The notes: a model not told the origin generated them from the letters alone. Positions 40,577 through 50,764 are shown, counted from the first letter of the stretch. The stretch: 64,000 nt of DNA from Promethearchaeota archaeon (GCA_008080735.1 SHMW01000006.1:1-64000); one strand, 5' to 3'. Made by a program: numbers and translations.

Positions 40577-40948
40577 TTAATCTAATAATCCGGCTATTTT
40601 CTGACTGACACTTTGAATGTTTAGAAAAACCATACCTAAACTCGCATCATTCGACGCCAGGACACAGAGTATTGCGTTTTCACCTGCGCGAGACAATATG
40701 ATTAATCCATCAAGACCTTCGATGAGAATTCTCTTCAAATCACCGCGCGCAAGCTCCTGAACTGCCCTTTCAGATACGCTAAGAATTGCAGCTGACATCG
40801 CGCTCACGATTCCATCATTAACCTCACCCGACAGAGCAGAACAAATTGGTAAACCTTGAACAGACACGATAGCACTTCCTTGGATATCGGAATTAACTGC
40901 TTCTAGGTTGCGTAGTATGTCAGTTAGCTCAGCTATATTCTCGCTCAT
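40577..40948 (-). CDS. Roadblock/LC7 (MglB/LAMTOR-like) protein
   Basis: IQGSAIVSVQGLPICSAL..VSAMSAAILSVSERAVQEL..G.LKRILIEG..LGMVFL. Confidence 0.93.
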   Translation of the reverse strand: MSENIAELTDILRNLEAVNSDIQGSAIVSVQGLPICSALSGEVNDGIVSAMSAAILSVSERAVQELARGDLKRILIEGLDGLIILSRAGENAILCVLASNDASLGMVFLNIQSVSQKIAGLLD

Positions 40949-41164
40949 TCTCTTTCTTCTTTTTTATTGTTAGAAGGTATAGATGAATAATAAAAATAAA
41001 TTATATCAATATGGTATATTAATATTGATTTTATTATTTAATTTTTTCAAGCTTATACGTTATTATTAAAAATAAATGTATATTAATTTTTTGATCTCTA
41101 TTATTCTTTTTGATGAGAAAGAGATTTAAAAAATATTATTATCCATTCTTCATTATTTTTAGAC

Positions 41165-42118
41165 ATGTCTGCTAAGAAAAATGAATCAGAGAAATCAGAA
41201 AAGGATGAAGAAGATGAGCAGTTGAAATTGGATTCACTCAAAAAAGCTGGCAAAATTGCACAAGAAGTAAAAGAGTTTATAAAACCACAAATCAAAGTGG
41301 GTACGAAAGGATTAGAGATCGTAACTTCAGCAGAAAAAAAAATATCCGAATTGGGAGGTGCGTGTGCATTTCCCGTTAACTTATCCATAAATAATATCGC
41401 AGCTCATTATACCTCGCCACTTCGAGATGATGGTTTGACTATAGAAGAAAATGATCTCGTAAAAATAGATCTGGGTGTTCATATTGAAGGATATATTGTT
41501 GACACAGCATTTTCCGTAAATTTTAATCAGGAGAAGTTTTTACAAAATATTATTACCGCGACAGACACAGCAGTAGAAGCAGCAAAAATGATGGCAAAAC
41601 CAGGTGTAAATACAAAAGATATTGGGAAGAAAATTGAAGATATCGTAAAAGGATTTAACTATAATCCAATCAAAGAACTCGGTGGGCATCAAATAGAGCG
41701 GTGGAGAGTCCATGGTACCAAGGCCCTTCCAGAATTAGGAACCCAAGGTGGAGACGAAATGGAAATAGGAGATGTATTCGCTGTTGAAATATTCGCTTCG
41801 ACGGGGAGTGGGTCAGTCCATAGTACCAATAATTGTCATATTTATGCACTCAACCCATATACTGGGCGGGTTCCCTTGAGAAGAAAGAGTTCGAAGCAAA
41901 TATTAGGTTTTGTAAATAGGAATTATAAAACATTGCCTTTTGCAGAAAGATGGTTAGGGGAGGAATTTCAAATAGGTGTCGCCTTTGGACTCCAAGAGCT
42001 TATACAGCAAGGAAAATTAAGAGAACACAATGTACTCTCAGAAGAAAAAGATGCCTATGTTGCTCAATCAGAGGAAACAATTTTGATCACAGAGGATGGC
42101 TATCAACAATTAACATAA
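41165..42118 (+). CDS. map: Methionine aminopeptidase type II
   Basis: AFPVNLSINNIAAHYT, KIDLGVHIEGYIVDTAF, LGGHQI, AVEIFAS, AQSEET. Confidence 0.95.
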   Translation: MSAKKNESEKSEKDEEDEQLKLDSLKKAGKIAQEVKEFIKPQIKVGTKGLEIVTSAEKKISELGGACAFPVNLSINNIAAHYTSPLRDDGLTIEENDLVKIDLGVHIEGYIVDTAFSVNFNQEKFLQNIITATDTAVEAAKMMAKPGVNTKDIGKKIEDIVKGFNYNPIKELGGHQIERWRVHGTKALPELGTQGGDEMEIGDVFAVEIFASTGSGSVHSTNNCHIYALNPYTGRVPLRRKSSKQILGFVNRNYKTLPFAERWLGEEFQIGVAFGLQELIQQGKLREHNVLSEEKDAYVAQSEETILITEDGYQQLT

Positions 42119-42169
42119 ATACTCAACTTTATTCTAAAAAATATATCAAAACTTAATTCGCCAATAAAG

Positions 42170-43279
42170 ATGCGAAAATTAAATATCTGCCTTATCTCCT
42201 TTAAAATACCACCTGATTCTATGGATGGAACTGCTAAATTTTTTAGAGGTATTTATGAGTATTTGAAAAAACAAGGACATAATATTACCTTACTCACTGG
42301 AAAATGGAATTATAAATTACAAGATCCAGATATAAAACAAATCGATATTATACCAAGACGATTTTTTTGGATCTTTCCATTCTATATTGGTGTGATAAAA
42401 TATCTAAGATCTCACAAATTCGATATTATTCATGGAAATAATCCAAAAGGGGCACTTCCTATCATACTAGCAAATAAAAAACAATTTGGATCCACAATCC
42501 ATGATCTAGGATTTTTTACTCGAATCCCATTTGAGAAGATTTTAATTAGATTTATTGCAAAAACATCAAGATTTATAACTACATGTTCAACTCAAATTAA
42601 GAAAGATTTGGTGAAAGAATTCCCAGATCTAAGCCCAAATAAGATCTTTAATCTTTATTCAGCAATAGAAGAGAAATTTATGCCCTTTCCCAAAAAAGCG
42701 AGAAAACTTAAAGAAAAGATGGGACTGGAAGGTCCTACCATATTATATATTGGTCGTGTTTCCTATTACAAAGGCGTAGATGATATTATTAGAGCTTACT
42801 ATCTCGCCAAGAAAAAGATTCCGGAATTGAATCTGATTATCGGAGGTCTTCCAGATTTCAGGACTCAAAATCAATATGAATCATGGAAACAAAAATATAA
42901 GGATATATCATTCGTAGGTTATATCCCAGATGATCAAATTCCAATCTACTATAGTTTAGGAGAAATCTTCATAACATATTCATATGCATTTGAAGGATTT
43001 GGATTAACCCCGATAGAAGCAATCGCATGCGGAACTCCCGTGATATGTTCATCGATTCCTGTATTCAAGGAAGTACTGCAAGATAATGCTATTTTTGTGA
43101 AACCCAGAAGCCCCAAATCACTTGCAGACGCCATAGTAGATTTAATAACCAATGATAAGAAAAGAGAAAACTTAATTGAAAAAGCTCGGCGCTTCATCCA
43201 ACGCTATACTTGGCAAGAAGTTGGAGAAAAATTAGAAAAAGTCTATCAATTATTTCTAAAAATGAAAGAATCGGATTAA
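42170..43279 (+). CDS. GT4-family glycosyltransferase
   Basis: TIHD, GRVSYYKG, EGFGLTPIEAIACGTPVI. Confidence 0.92.
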   Translation: MRKLNICLISFKIPPDSMDGTAKFFRGIYEYLKKQGHNITLLTGKWNYKLQDPDIKQIDIIPRRFFWIFPFYIGVIKYLRSHKFDIIHGNNPKGALPIILANKKQFGSTIHDLGFFTRIPFEKILIRFIAKTSRFITTCSTQIKKDLVKEFPDLSPNKIFNLYSAIEEKFMPFPKKARKLKEKMGLEGPTILYIGRVSYYKGVDDIIRAYYLAKKKIPELNLIIGGLPDFRTQNQYESWKQKYKDISFVGYIPDDQIPIYYSLGEIFITYSYAFEGFGLTPIEAIACGTPVICSSIPVFKEVLQDNAIFVKPRSPKSLADAIVDLITNDKKRENLIEKARRFIQRYTWQEVGEKLEKVYQLFLKMKESD

Positions 43280-43311
43280 AGTGAGTTTCTACTTTAAAAA
43301 AGCGATTTTTT

Positions 43312-44442
43312 TTAATGCAACCATCTTGTTTGCCCGAGAGTGATTAACCGATATCTCAATACTCTGTCATAATCATTCCAAAAACAGCTATAACATTCTG
43401 GGATATTTTCGCGTGAATCGATGAGCAACGATCTAAATTCTCTGTATTTTTTTCCGTTCCAGATTTCATGAAATGAATTTTTATAAATGTTTCCCATAAC
43501 ATATTTTTCGCTAGTCAGATAACAGCATGGTAAAACCTTTCCAGTTGCGGTGATATATGTGGAGATCCATGGAGTGAGACATGGGGTTTCGTTTTTTAAA
43601 GTTTTCCTATTTAATAACTCTATTAATTTTTCACGCCAATTGATAAAAAATACTTCTTTCTGTGTTTCCCTTATAGAATCAATATCTTTACTTATTTTAG
43701 CGATTGCTTTTTTTAGTTTTTTATCTGTTGGAACAATTCCTGAATCCACTCCAAAATCAAAGACGGGCTCTAACCTAAATGAATCAAGTAATTTCCATTT
43801 TTTAAGATAATTAAACATTGGTTCATATTCTTCGAGATTTTTAGATTGAAGACAGCAAAGAATTCGAATAATCGTCTTTTTTCTGTTAATTTTTGCAAGT
43901 AACTTCTCAAAATTTTCAAGGCAACGATGAAATGTTGAACTCATGGTTATTTCTTCAAACGACAGGGGATTTGTGCCGTGTAAAGAAAAAGTTAATATAG
44001 TAGGGGGACTTTCGACCAATTTTTTGATATTAATATCATTCATTAACGACATGTTGGTCGGCATGGAGGTAGTTATTTTCTTGCGATTACATAATTCCAA
44101 GAATTTATAGATTTCCGTGTTCAATAATGGCTCTCCCAGTCCATTTAAAGTAAGATATAAAGGGTTTATATTCTCTACCAACCTTTTAAATGTTTTGTAG
44201 GAAATTATATTATTTAAAGTCCTAATCTTTTGGAGATTATGTCTGTCACACATAATACAATCGAAATTGCATCTGTCTGTAATTTCAATTTGAAGCCTGA
44301 TGGGCCCGTCTTTTGAAGCGAGAGGCGCTCCTAATATTGAATAAAATAGAGCACTGAATGCTTTTTTAATTTTAAATAAGGAGGTGAACTGGTTATTTCC
44401 AAAAATTAGCAATAAATCCTGAAGCCGTCGTTTTAGTTCCAT
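43312..44442 (-). CDS. Radical SAM protein with a SPASM/twitch domain
   Basis: CNFDCIMC; GEPLL; CLTPW..GKVLPCC..GNI..CYSC. Confidence 0.88.
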   Translation of the reverse strand: MELKRRLQDLLLIFGNNQFTSLFKIKKAFSALFYSILGAPLASKDGPIRLQIEITDRCNFDCIMCDRHNLQKIRTLNNIISYKTFKRLVENINPLYLTLNGLGEPLLNTEIYKFLELCNRKKITTSMPTNMSLMNDINIKKLVESPPTILTFSLHGTNPLSFEEITMSSTFHRCLENFEKLLAKINRKKTIIRILCCLQSKNLEEYEPMFNYLKKWKLLDSFRLEPVFDFGVDSGIVPTDKKLKKAIAKISKDIDSIRETQKEVFFINWREKLIELLNRKTLKNETPCLTPWISTYITATGKVLPCCYLTSEKYVMGNIYKNSFHEIWNGKKYREFRSLLIDSRENIPECYSCFWNDYDRVLRYRLITLGQTRWLH

Positions 44443-44542
44443 ATGTCTTTTCTTCCTTATTAAACCGTGGTCTTATAAATATTAAGTCTTAATCTTCTCA
44501 GAAGCGTAATAAAAATATAAAGATTAAGTTTTAAAATCTTCT

Positions 44543-44752
44543 TTAAGCAGGAGAGAATAGCCAAGTAAAAACACCGAGATGGGCTAATATAACCACTGCT
44601 ATAAGGGCTACGGCAGAGATCGCAGTTGCTATAGGACTAATTTTAATACCTATAGAAGAGTCTTCAAAAAATCTCATTAACCCCGCTCCACCCATAGGCA
44701 TAGGTGCTGATCCCGATCTTCTTTTCTTTCTCCTTGATTGGCGTTTTGACAT
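44543..44752 (-). CDS. sec61b: Preprotein translocase subunit Sec61beta
   Basis: GAGLMRFFED..IKISP followed by a single C-terminal TM helix. Confidence 0.9.
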   Translation of the reverse strand: MSKRQSRRKKRRSGSAPMPMGGAGLMRFFEDSSIGIKISPIATAISAVALIAVVILAHLGVFTWLFSPA

Positions 44753-44906
44753 CGATTATTTAAAGGTTTTTAATTGTATAAAAAATATAATCATCTAAAA
44801 CTAAAAAACTATTTCTCTCCAATAAAGATGATTCACTTTACCTTAAAAAAGATATTTTAGGCAAAATGTCTTTTATTTTACTAAAACAAAGCTTCTTTAT
44901 ACTTCA

Positions 44907-45203
44907 ATGAAAATTAAAGAATTCCAAGATCTCATGCGGGAGCTATATTATCACCAAGATTCTAAGAGAGGTCTTAATAAAACTTTTTATTGGCTAATAG
45001 AAGAAGTAGGGGAACTTTCCAGCGCTCTGAAAGCGAAAGATTTAGATAAGAAGAATATTGGAGAAGAAATAGCAGATATTGTAGCATGGATATGTTCACT
45101 AGCAAATTTATTGGATGTAGATATTCAATCCGCTATACTTCAGAAGTATCCAAAAAAATGCCCTAAATGTATGAAAAATCCTTGCGAATGTGGAACAGAG
45201 TAA
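44907..45203 (+). CDS. MazG-like NTP pyrophosphohydrolase
   Basis: WLIEEVGEL..EEIADIVAW..LANL; KYP..CPKC..PCEC. Confidence 0.9.
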   Translation: MKIKEFQDLMRELYYHQDSKRGLNKTFYWLIEEVGELSSALKAKDLDKKNIGEEIADIVAWICSLANLLDVDIQSAILQKYPKKCPKCMKNPCECGTE

Positions 45204-45308
45204 TAAAAAATCGACTGATTATATCAGATTTTTAAAGAAAATAAACCTTAATAAATTTCTAAAATTGATAATATTAATTTAAGTAGTTAATGAAGAAAGG
45301 AAAAATTA

Positions 45309-47153
45309 GTGCCAATGCCGAATAAAAAGAAGTTCTATGTGCTACTATCCATTTTTATCACAACTTTTATTCTAAGCTCTGTGATTCCAAGATTTTTGAA
45401 TAAATCTTCTCCATTTTCCGTTTATAATGAACCACTACACTTATCTGGCAATTTAGAGGGGGCATCAGATATTACTATCGCCAATATCAATCGAACGATT
45501 AGTATAAACGGATATGGTTTAGTCAATATTGAGGATAATCTTACAATTAGAAATGATTTTGAAAACCCCGTATCATCGATTTTTATGGGGATTCCTACAA
45601 ATATCTTAGAAGATTTAATATACTATAAAGCAAAGGGAAGTGGGGGTAATACATTGTTAGCTGAGGATACTGGGTTATTAATGGACACAGATAAAAATAT
45701 GATAGAGATCTATTTCGATTCTCCTCTACTGCCCGGACAGAGAAAAACGATAATTTTTTCACAATCCTATAAGGATTTACTTAAATATGAACCATCGGGG
45801 TCTCAACAGAAAATCTCTTATAGTGGACTTATTTATCCTTCTATACCGTATAAGGGACAAGGAAGCATAATTGCTGTTATAGAATTACCTATTGGTGCTG
45901 GGAGTATTGAAGATGATTGGGGAACTACACAAGCTAATCATATCACTTTTTCCATAGAAGATTTGCCACAAACATATATAGAACCCTTTTTAGAAAATTT
46001 GGGTGATAATAGAACCATAGATGTTTCAATGGCACATTCTTCAATCACAAACTTAGAAATTCAAGAATCCACAAGACAAATAACAATTTCGCCGTGGGGA
46101 ACCATAAGAGTGGAGGAAGATATACGTATTAAAAATCTTGGTTCTATCTCGGTTCAGAGATTTAATCTTAGGATTCCTGATCCAGCAATTAATGTAGAAA
46201 CAAAAGATAATTTAGGAAATATTGAAGGAACCACGGTAACTGAGTTACCAAACAACCCAAAATCGAAACAGGTTAATTTAGATCTCTCAAATAATCGAGT
46301 AACAATGCAACCAAATTCAAGTTTCCAATTCACATTACGTTACCAGTTAAATTTAGGAATTTATCTAAATTTTGACTGGTTTAGACAATCTGTCCAATTA
46401 GATGTGATAATGACGAATTTTGATTATTTAGTAAAAAATCAGCTAACCCAGATAAGAATTGAAGGCTCTCTAAATATAGATCAAATCTCTGATCTTCCAG
46501 ATATATACGATGAGACTATTAATTCGCAAATTCTCATCTTTGAGTCAGATTATGTGAGTAATCTCGAAGAACGAGAAATTCTGCTCACCTATACAATTGA
46601 TATCTTTGAAATGTTGATGCGACCGATAATTCTTCTTTTAGTAATTGCAGGTGTTTGCTCAGCTCTTATTGTCATAATTAAGAAGAGAAAGGAATTAGGG
46701 ATATTACCTAAGATAGAGAAAGAACAACTACCATTAAGGGAAATTAGAGAATTCTGTTCTCTTTATGAGCAGAAGAACGCACTAACATTAGAAATTCGGC
46801 AAGCAGAAGAAGAATTAAAAAGACGTAAACTTACAAAGAAACAATATCGTAATCTTGTTGATAAAAATGAATCACGAATAAAACAGATTGACGAGGAGAT
46901 CAAGCCATTTAAGAAGGAATTAATGGAAGCAAGTCAAACTTTTGAAAATATCGTACAAAAGCTTGATGTCTTAGAAGCTGAACGTCAAACTGTTGAAGAT
47001 GGGTTGAAATTACTTGATTCGAGATATCGTAAAGGTAAATTGCCTTCTCGATCTGCTTATGTAAAACTAACAAATGATTTTCTCAAAAGGAGAAAAAAGA
47101 TCGATAGAACGATAAGTCGCTTCATTCAGCAATTACGTTCATATTTACTTTAA
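45309..47153 (+). CDS. Ribophorin I (OST1/RPN1)-like protein
   Basis: Signal/TM; two homologous lumenal domains (RTISINGYGLVNIEDNLTIRN and RQITISPWGTIRVEEDIRIKN..KDNLGNI); TM helix; helical cytoplasmic tail. Confidence 0.75.
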   Translation: MPMPNKKKFYVLLSIFITTFILSSVIPRFLNKSSPFSVYNEPLHLSGNLEGASDITIANINRTISINGYGLVNIEDNLTIRNDFENPVSSIFMGIPTNILEDLIYYKAKGSGGNTLLAEDTGLLMDTDKNMIEIYFDSPLLPGQRKTIIFSQSYKDLLKYEPSGSQQKISYSGLIYPSIPYKGQGSIIAVIELPIGAGSIEDDWGTTQANHITFSIEDLPQTYIEPFLENLGDNRTIDVSMAHSSITNLEIQESTRQITISPWGTIRVEEDIRIKNLGSISVQRFNLRIPDPAINVETKDNLGNIEGTTVTELPNNPKSKQVNLDLSNNRVTMQPNSSFQFTLRYQLNLGIYLNFDWFRQSVQLDVIMTNFDYLVKNQLTQIRIEGSLNIDQISDLPDIYDETINSQILIFESDYVSNLEEREILLTYTIDIFEMLMRPIILLLVIAGVCSALIVIIKKRKELGILPKIEKEQLPLREIREFCSLYEQKNALTLEIRQAEEELKRRKLTKKQYRNLVDKNESRIKQIDEEIKPFKKELMEASQTFENIVQKLDVLEAERQTVEDGLKLLDSRYRKGKLPSRSAYVKLTNDFLKRRKKIDRTISRFIQQLRSYLL

Positions 47154-47159
47154 TACTAA

Positions 47160-47804
47160 TTGGTGGTTTTGATAATGAAATTGTGGTTATTTGATATCTT
47201 GGCTTGTCCGATATGTAAGCATTTTCCACTAAAACTTTTTATCTTTTCCTATCAAACAGAAGAAGAGATATTTAGGTCTTATCTTAGTAATTATCAAAAA
47301 AGTGATAGTGTGAGTTTAAAGTCACAAGACACAATACAGATCGACTATGATAATGAACATCAAATTCTCATAAAAGATAATATCGTGATTGAGCCAAAAC
47401 CACTTGTAGACTATATGGATGCTCTACTCTCTAGTATTAAAGAATTAAATCATATTGAAGATCGCAGCCCTTATGAGACAAGTAAAAAATGCTTAAATCT
47501 TGCAAAAGAATCCATATATAATGATTTGAAGAACCTTTCGCAAAATCTTAATCTGGACGGGTTTCAGGAGCGATTGGCTGAGCTTGAATTTCTAAATAAA
47601 TTGAAAGTTGATGCGGAAATCGATTCTGGACTTCTTTTATGTGAATCGTGTAAACGGTGGTATCCAATTATTGAAACAATTCCTCGCATGCTTCCCGATG
47701 AATATCGAGATAAAGAATCCGAGCTCCAATTCTTAGAAAGCAAAAAAAATTTATTAGATGAAAAATTTTTCACATTAGATTTAAAACCATTTGCTCTCAA
47801 ATGA
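47160..47804 (+). CDS. trm112: Trm112-family methyltransferase activator with a long central insert; likely start ATG 47175
   Basis: MKLWLFDILACPICKHFPLKL ... EIDSGLLLCESCKRWYPIIETIPRMLPDE. Confidence 0.85.
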   Translation: MVVLIMKLWLFDILACPICKHFPLKLFIFSYQTEEEIFRSYLSNYQKSDSVSLKSQDTIQIDYDNEHQILIKDNIVIEPKPLVDYMDALLSSIKELNHIEDRSPYETSKKCLNLAKESIYNDLKNLSQNLNLDGFQERLAELEFLNKLKVDAEIDSGLLLCESCKRWYPIIETIPRMLPDEYRDKESELQFLESKKNLLDEKFFTLDLKPFALK

Positions 47805-47857
47805 TTTTTTAAATTGTATTGAATTATAATATCATACAACAGCGTCTATAAAACCAT

Positions 47858-47959
47858 AGCCCGGTGGTGTAGAACGATATATGAAATTATATCGTGCACA
47901 ACGGCCAAGCATCCGGGGCTTTGAACCCTGTGACCACAGTTCGAATCTGTGCCGGGCTA
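47858..47959 (+). tRNA. tRNA-Gln(UUG) with a 29-nt intron in the D-loop (47873-47901)
   Basis: Acceptor AGCCCGG/CCGGGCT (A1-U72); D-stem GTGT/GCAT; anticodon arm CGGGG-CT TTG AA-CCCTG; T-arm CACAG-TTCGAAT-CTGTG; 73 nt after intron removal; CCA not encoded. Confidence 0.93.
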
Positions 47960-48203
47960 TAATTTCATTTTAAAAAGCTTACTAATTATCTTTAGATTAA
48001 ACAGTGATTTTAGCAATTTTAAAGGAAAAAGTTGCAATATGATCGGATTATCTTTTTTTGAAGAAATATACAATCTTTTCCAAATTTTAATTTTTTGAAA
48101 ATATCTTCAACAACTCGCTTAATATAGTTCCCCTACGTACTATTCATGCTAAATTTTAATATGAGAAATAACTATTAAACTCAAAAGCACATATTATTAT
48201 AAA

Positions 48204-49298
48204 ATGAGTCTTTCGGGAAGGAATATCTGGATTGATATTGAGCAACCAAAAGCAGCAATCATGTTTAATTCTCTTATAGAACAATTCCAAGAAGATGGTG
48301 TTAATTTACTAATTACTGCAAGAGATTACGATTCTACTTTTCAAATATTAGACGATCATGATGTTGACTATATCAAGGTGGGGAAACATGGTGGAGCGAG
48401 CTTAGAAGAGAAATTAAAGACTCATATAAAAAGATTAGAAGAGCTTTTTACTTATGTTGCTGAGTTTAATCCAGACTATCTAGTCAACTTTATTTCTGTG
48501 GAAGCTATTAGAATTGCTTATGGACTTCAAATTCCTTCAATCGGGTTTAATGATGAGCCGAGAAATGAGCCCGTGTGTAAATTGATTTTTCCGTTTATAG
48601 ACAAACTAATTACCCCCAAATGTATTCCCAAGGAATCCTATATAGAATTATATGCGGATCCTAAGAAAATTATTCGATACAATGGAATCGATGAAATTGG
48701 ATGGTTATCAAATTTCAAACCTGATCCATCAGTTTTAGAACACTATGATTTACAAATGGGAAACTACGTGATTATGCGAAGTGAACCCTCTGCGGCATGC
48801 TATTTTATAAACAAATTAAAGCCCGATGAGACGATGCTTAGTGAAATCTTTCCCCAAATATATAAAGAATTTCCCAACCATAAATATTTTCTACTGGCAC
48901 GAAACCGAAATCAAGAAGAATTTTTACGGAAAACTCTAAAGAAATATGAAGATAATCCCAATTTAATAATCACTCGTTATTTACCCAATCTAGATGATTA
49001 TTGTTTTTATAGTGGATTGGTTATTAGCGGGGGTGGAACTATTGTAAGGGAATCGAGTCTCTTGAGCGTGCCGAGTATAGAATTTTTCCCCGGTCCAACG
49101 GCACCGCAAGAAATGTTTTTAAAGAACAATGGATTTCCCTTGGAACATATAGAAGAATTAAATAGAATCATAGACAGATCAATCCATGTACTTAATCAAG
49201 GATTCGATAATGACAGAATTAAGCATTTTAAAAAAAAAATTCAACAATTTGAAAATCCCGTGAAGATTTGCTATAATTATGTGCGGATTCATATATAG
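48204..49298 (+). CDS. DUF354 family GT-B-fold protein
   Basis: IWIDIEQPK, ITARDY, VGKHGG, YNGIDE, GGGTIVRESSLL. Confidence 0.85.
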   Translation: MSLSGRNIWIDIEQPKAAIMFNSLIEQFQEDGVNLLITARDYDSTFQILDDHDVDYIKVGKHGGASLEEKLKTHIKRLEELFTYVAEFNPDYLVNFISVEAIRIAYGLQIPSIGFNDEPRNEPVCKLIFPFIDKLITPKCIPKESYIELYADPKKIIRYNGIDEIGWLSNFKPDPSVLEHYDLQMGNYVIMRSEPSAACYFINKLKPDETMLSEIFPQIYKEFPNHKYFLLARNRNQEEFLRKTLKKYEDNPNLIITRYLPNLDDYCFYSGLVISGGGTIVRESSLLSVPSIEFFPGPTAPQEMFLKNNGFPLEHIEELNRIIDRSIHVLNQGFDNDRIKHFKKKIQQFENPVKICYNYVRIHI

Positions 49299-49342
49299 AA
49301 ACTATACAAAAATTAAATAAAAATTACTTAATACTCTTATAA

Positions 49343-50689
49343 ATGATATATCCAACTAATATACGATGGGATTTTTATAGCATCTTGTATCTAAGTATCG
49401 CAGGGATTATCGGCTTTGTTATAACATATTTGATTATGCCCTACATTATCAAATATATGAAGAAAAAAGGTTATGTTGGAACAGATATCCACAAAAATAC
49501 CCGTCCAGAAGTTGCCGAATCTGGTGGATTAGGAATGATGATCGGATTTATCTTCCCCTCCATTTTTCTGGCAATCATTTTTACCGATTATAGAAATATC
49601 ATCTTAATTGTGTTATTTACTGTCATTATTGCAGGGATTATTGGTTTTATTGATGATAGAGTCAGATTGAGGACCCGCTATAAATTACTTTTAACCTTAA
49701 CGATTGGATCTGCCGTGTTTTTGGCTAATTATCTTGGGCTCATCGCTATTCAGAATCCTGTACTGCCGATTCTGAGTCGTTTACGGCTTAATATGATTTA
49801 TCCTATCTTGATCCCTTTGGTAGTAATTGTGTTTGCGAATACCGTAAATATGTTAGAGGGATACAACGGAGAGGGTTCTGGAACGTGTATTATTGCCATT
49901 GGATTTTTATTAGTATGCAGTTTTATCTGGAATACTATGGAAGGATTAATGTTCTCTATAATTTCTCTTTCCGTAATTATCCCTTTTTATCTCTTTAATA
50001 GATATCCTGCTAAAGTATTTCCCGGAGATGTTGGTACCTTATCGATGGGTGTTATGATAGCAAGCATCGCCCTCTTTGGTGGGCTACTCGCTGCAGCTTT
50101 CTGTACGCTATTAACGCATATATTTAATAGCTTTTACTATATCTCCTCTGTGAGAGGGTTTTTTGAGAGTAAAGAAATTCATGAATTAAGAGATGATATT
50201 GTTTTACTTAAAGATGATAGGATTAAAGCATCTGAACAAAAAAGTGCTTTAATAACAGTGCCTCGGATGATATTAGCAAAAGGGCCCTTGTCAGAATCAC
50301 AATTAGTGAAAAAAATTTACTTGATTTCCATTATTAGCGGATTTTTAGGTATATTGACCACACTATTAATGTGTTTGACTTTGGAGAAAATTAACATTTT
50401 TTGGGTTTTTATTTTTTCGCTGCCAAGTCTGGTGATTATTATATTGCTGATGTACTTTTTTCCGAGAATTAGAGATATTGCTATTCAAATGCTTATCCTA
50501 TATTTTATTGGAATTATTATATTGTATTTAATTGATATTATAATTATCCCAATTCAAATTACTATTGATCTGTATTTTATTAAAATACCTCTCAATATTG
50601 TAGTATCTCTTATTGCGGTCTTACCTGGACTTGGTGTGTGGTATATTTTAACAATAATTTATTTAAATAATCAACTAGAGTTAGAATAA
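49343..50689 (+). CDS. aglH: UDP-GlcNAc:dolichyl-phosphate GlcNAc-1-P transferase (AglH/GPT, MraY superfamily)
   Basis: GTDIHK..VAESGG, GFIDD, NMLEGYNG, FPGDVG; polytopic. Confidence 0.8.
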   Translation: MIYPTNIRWDFYSILYLSIAGIIGFVITYLIMPYIIKYMKKKGYVGTDIHKNTRPEVAESGGLGMMIGFIFPSIFLAIIFTDYRNIILIVLFTVIIAGIIGFIDDRVRLRTRYKLLLTLTIGSAVFLANYLGLIAIQNPVLPILSRLRLNMIYPILIPLVVIVFANTVNMLEGYNGEGSGTCIIAIGFLLVCSFIWNTMEGLMFSIISLSVIIPFYLFNRYPAKVFPGDVGTLSMGVMIASIALFGGLLAAAFCTLLTHIFNSFYYISSVRGFFESKEIHELRDDIVLLKDDRIKASEQKSALITVPRMILAKGPLSESQLVKKIYLISIISGFLGILTTLLMCLTLEKINIFWVFIFSLPSLVIIILLMYFFPRIRDIAIQMLILYFIGIIILYLIDIIIIPIQITIDLYFIKIPLNIVVSLIAVLPGLGVWYILTIIYLNNQLELE

Positions 50690-50753
50690 TCAATAATTCA
50701 AGAATAGAGGATTTTATATTCAAATATATAGAAATCTATTAATTAGAAATCAT

Positions 50754-50758
50754 AGGAG
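50754..50758 (+). promoter_or_regulatory. Shine-Dalgarno-like AGGAG upstream of the CTG at 50765
   Basis: cat-AGGAG-atttaa-CTG. Confidence 0.5.
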
Positions 50759-50764
50759 ATTTAA

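Noticed and set aside
42170-44442. Radical SAM/SPASM gene as a RiPP maturase
   Set aside because: No precursor peptide or transporter nearby; converges on a GT4 gene, so glycan or lipid modification is at least as likely
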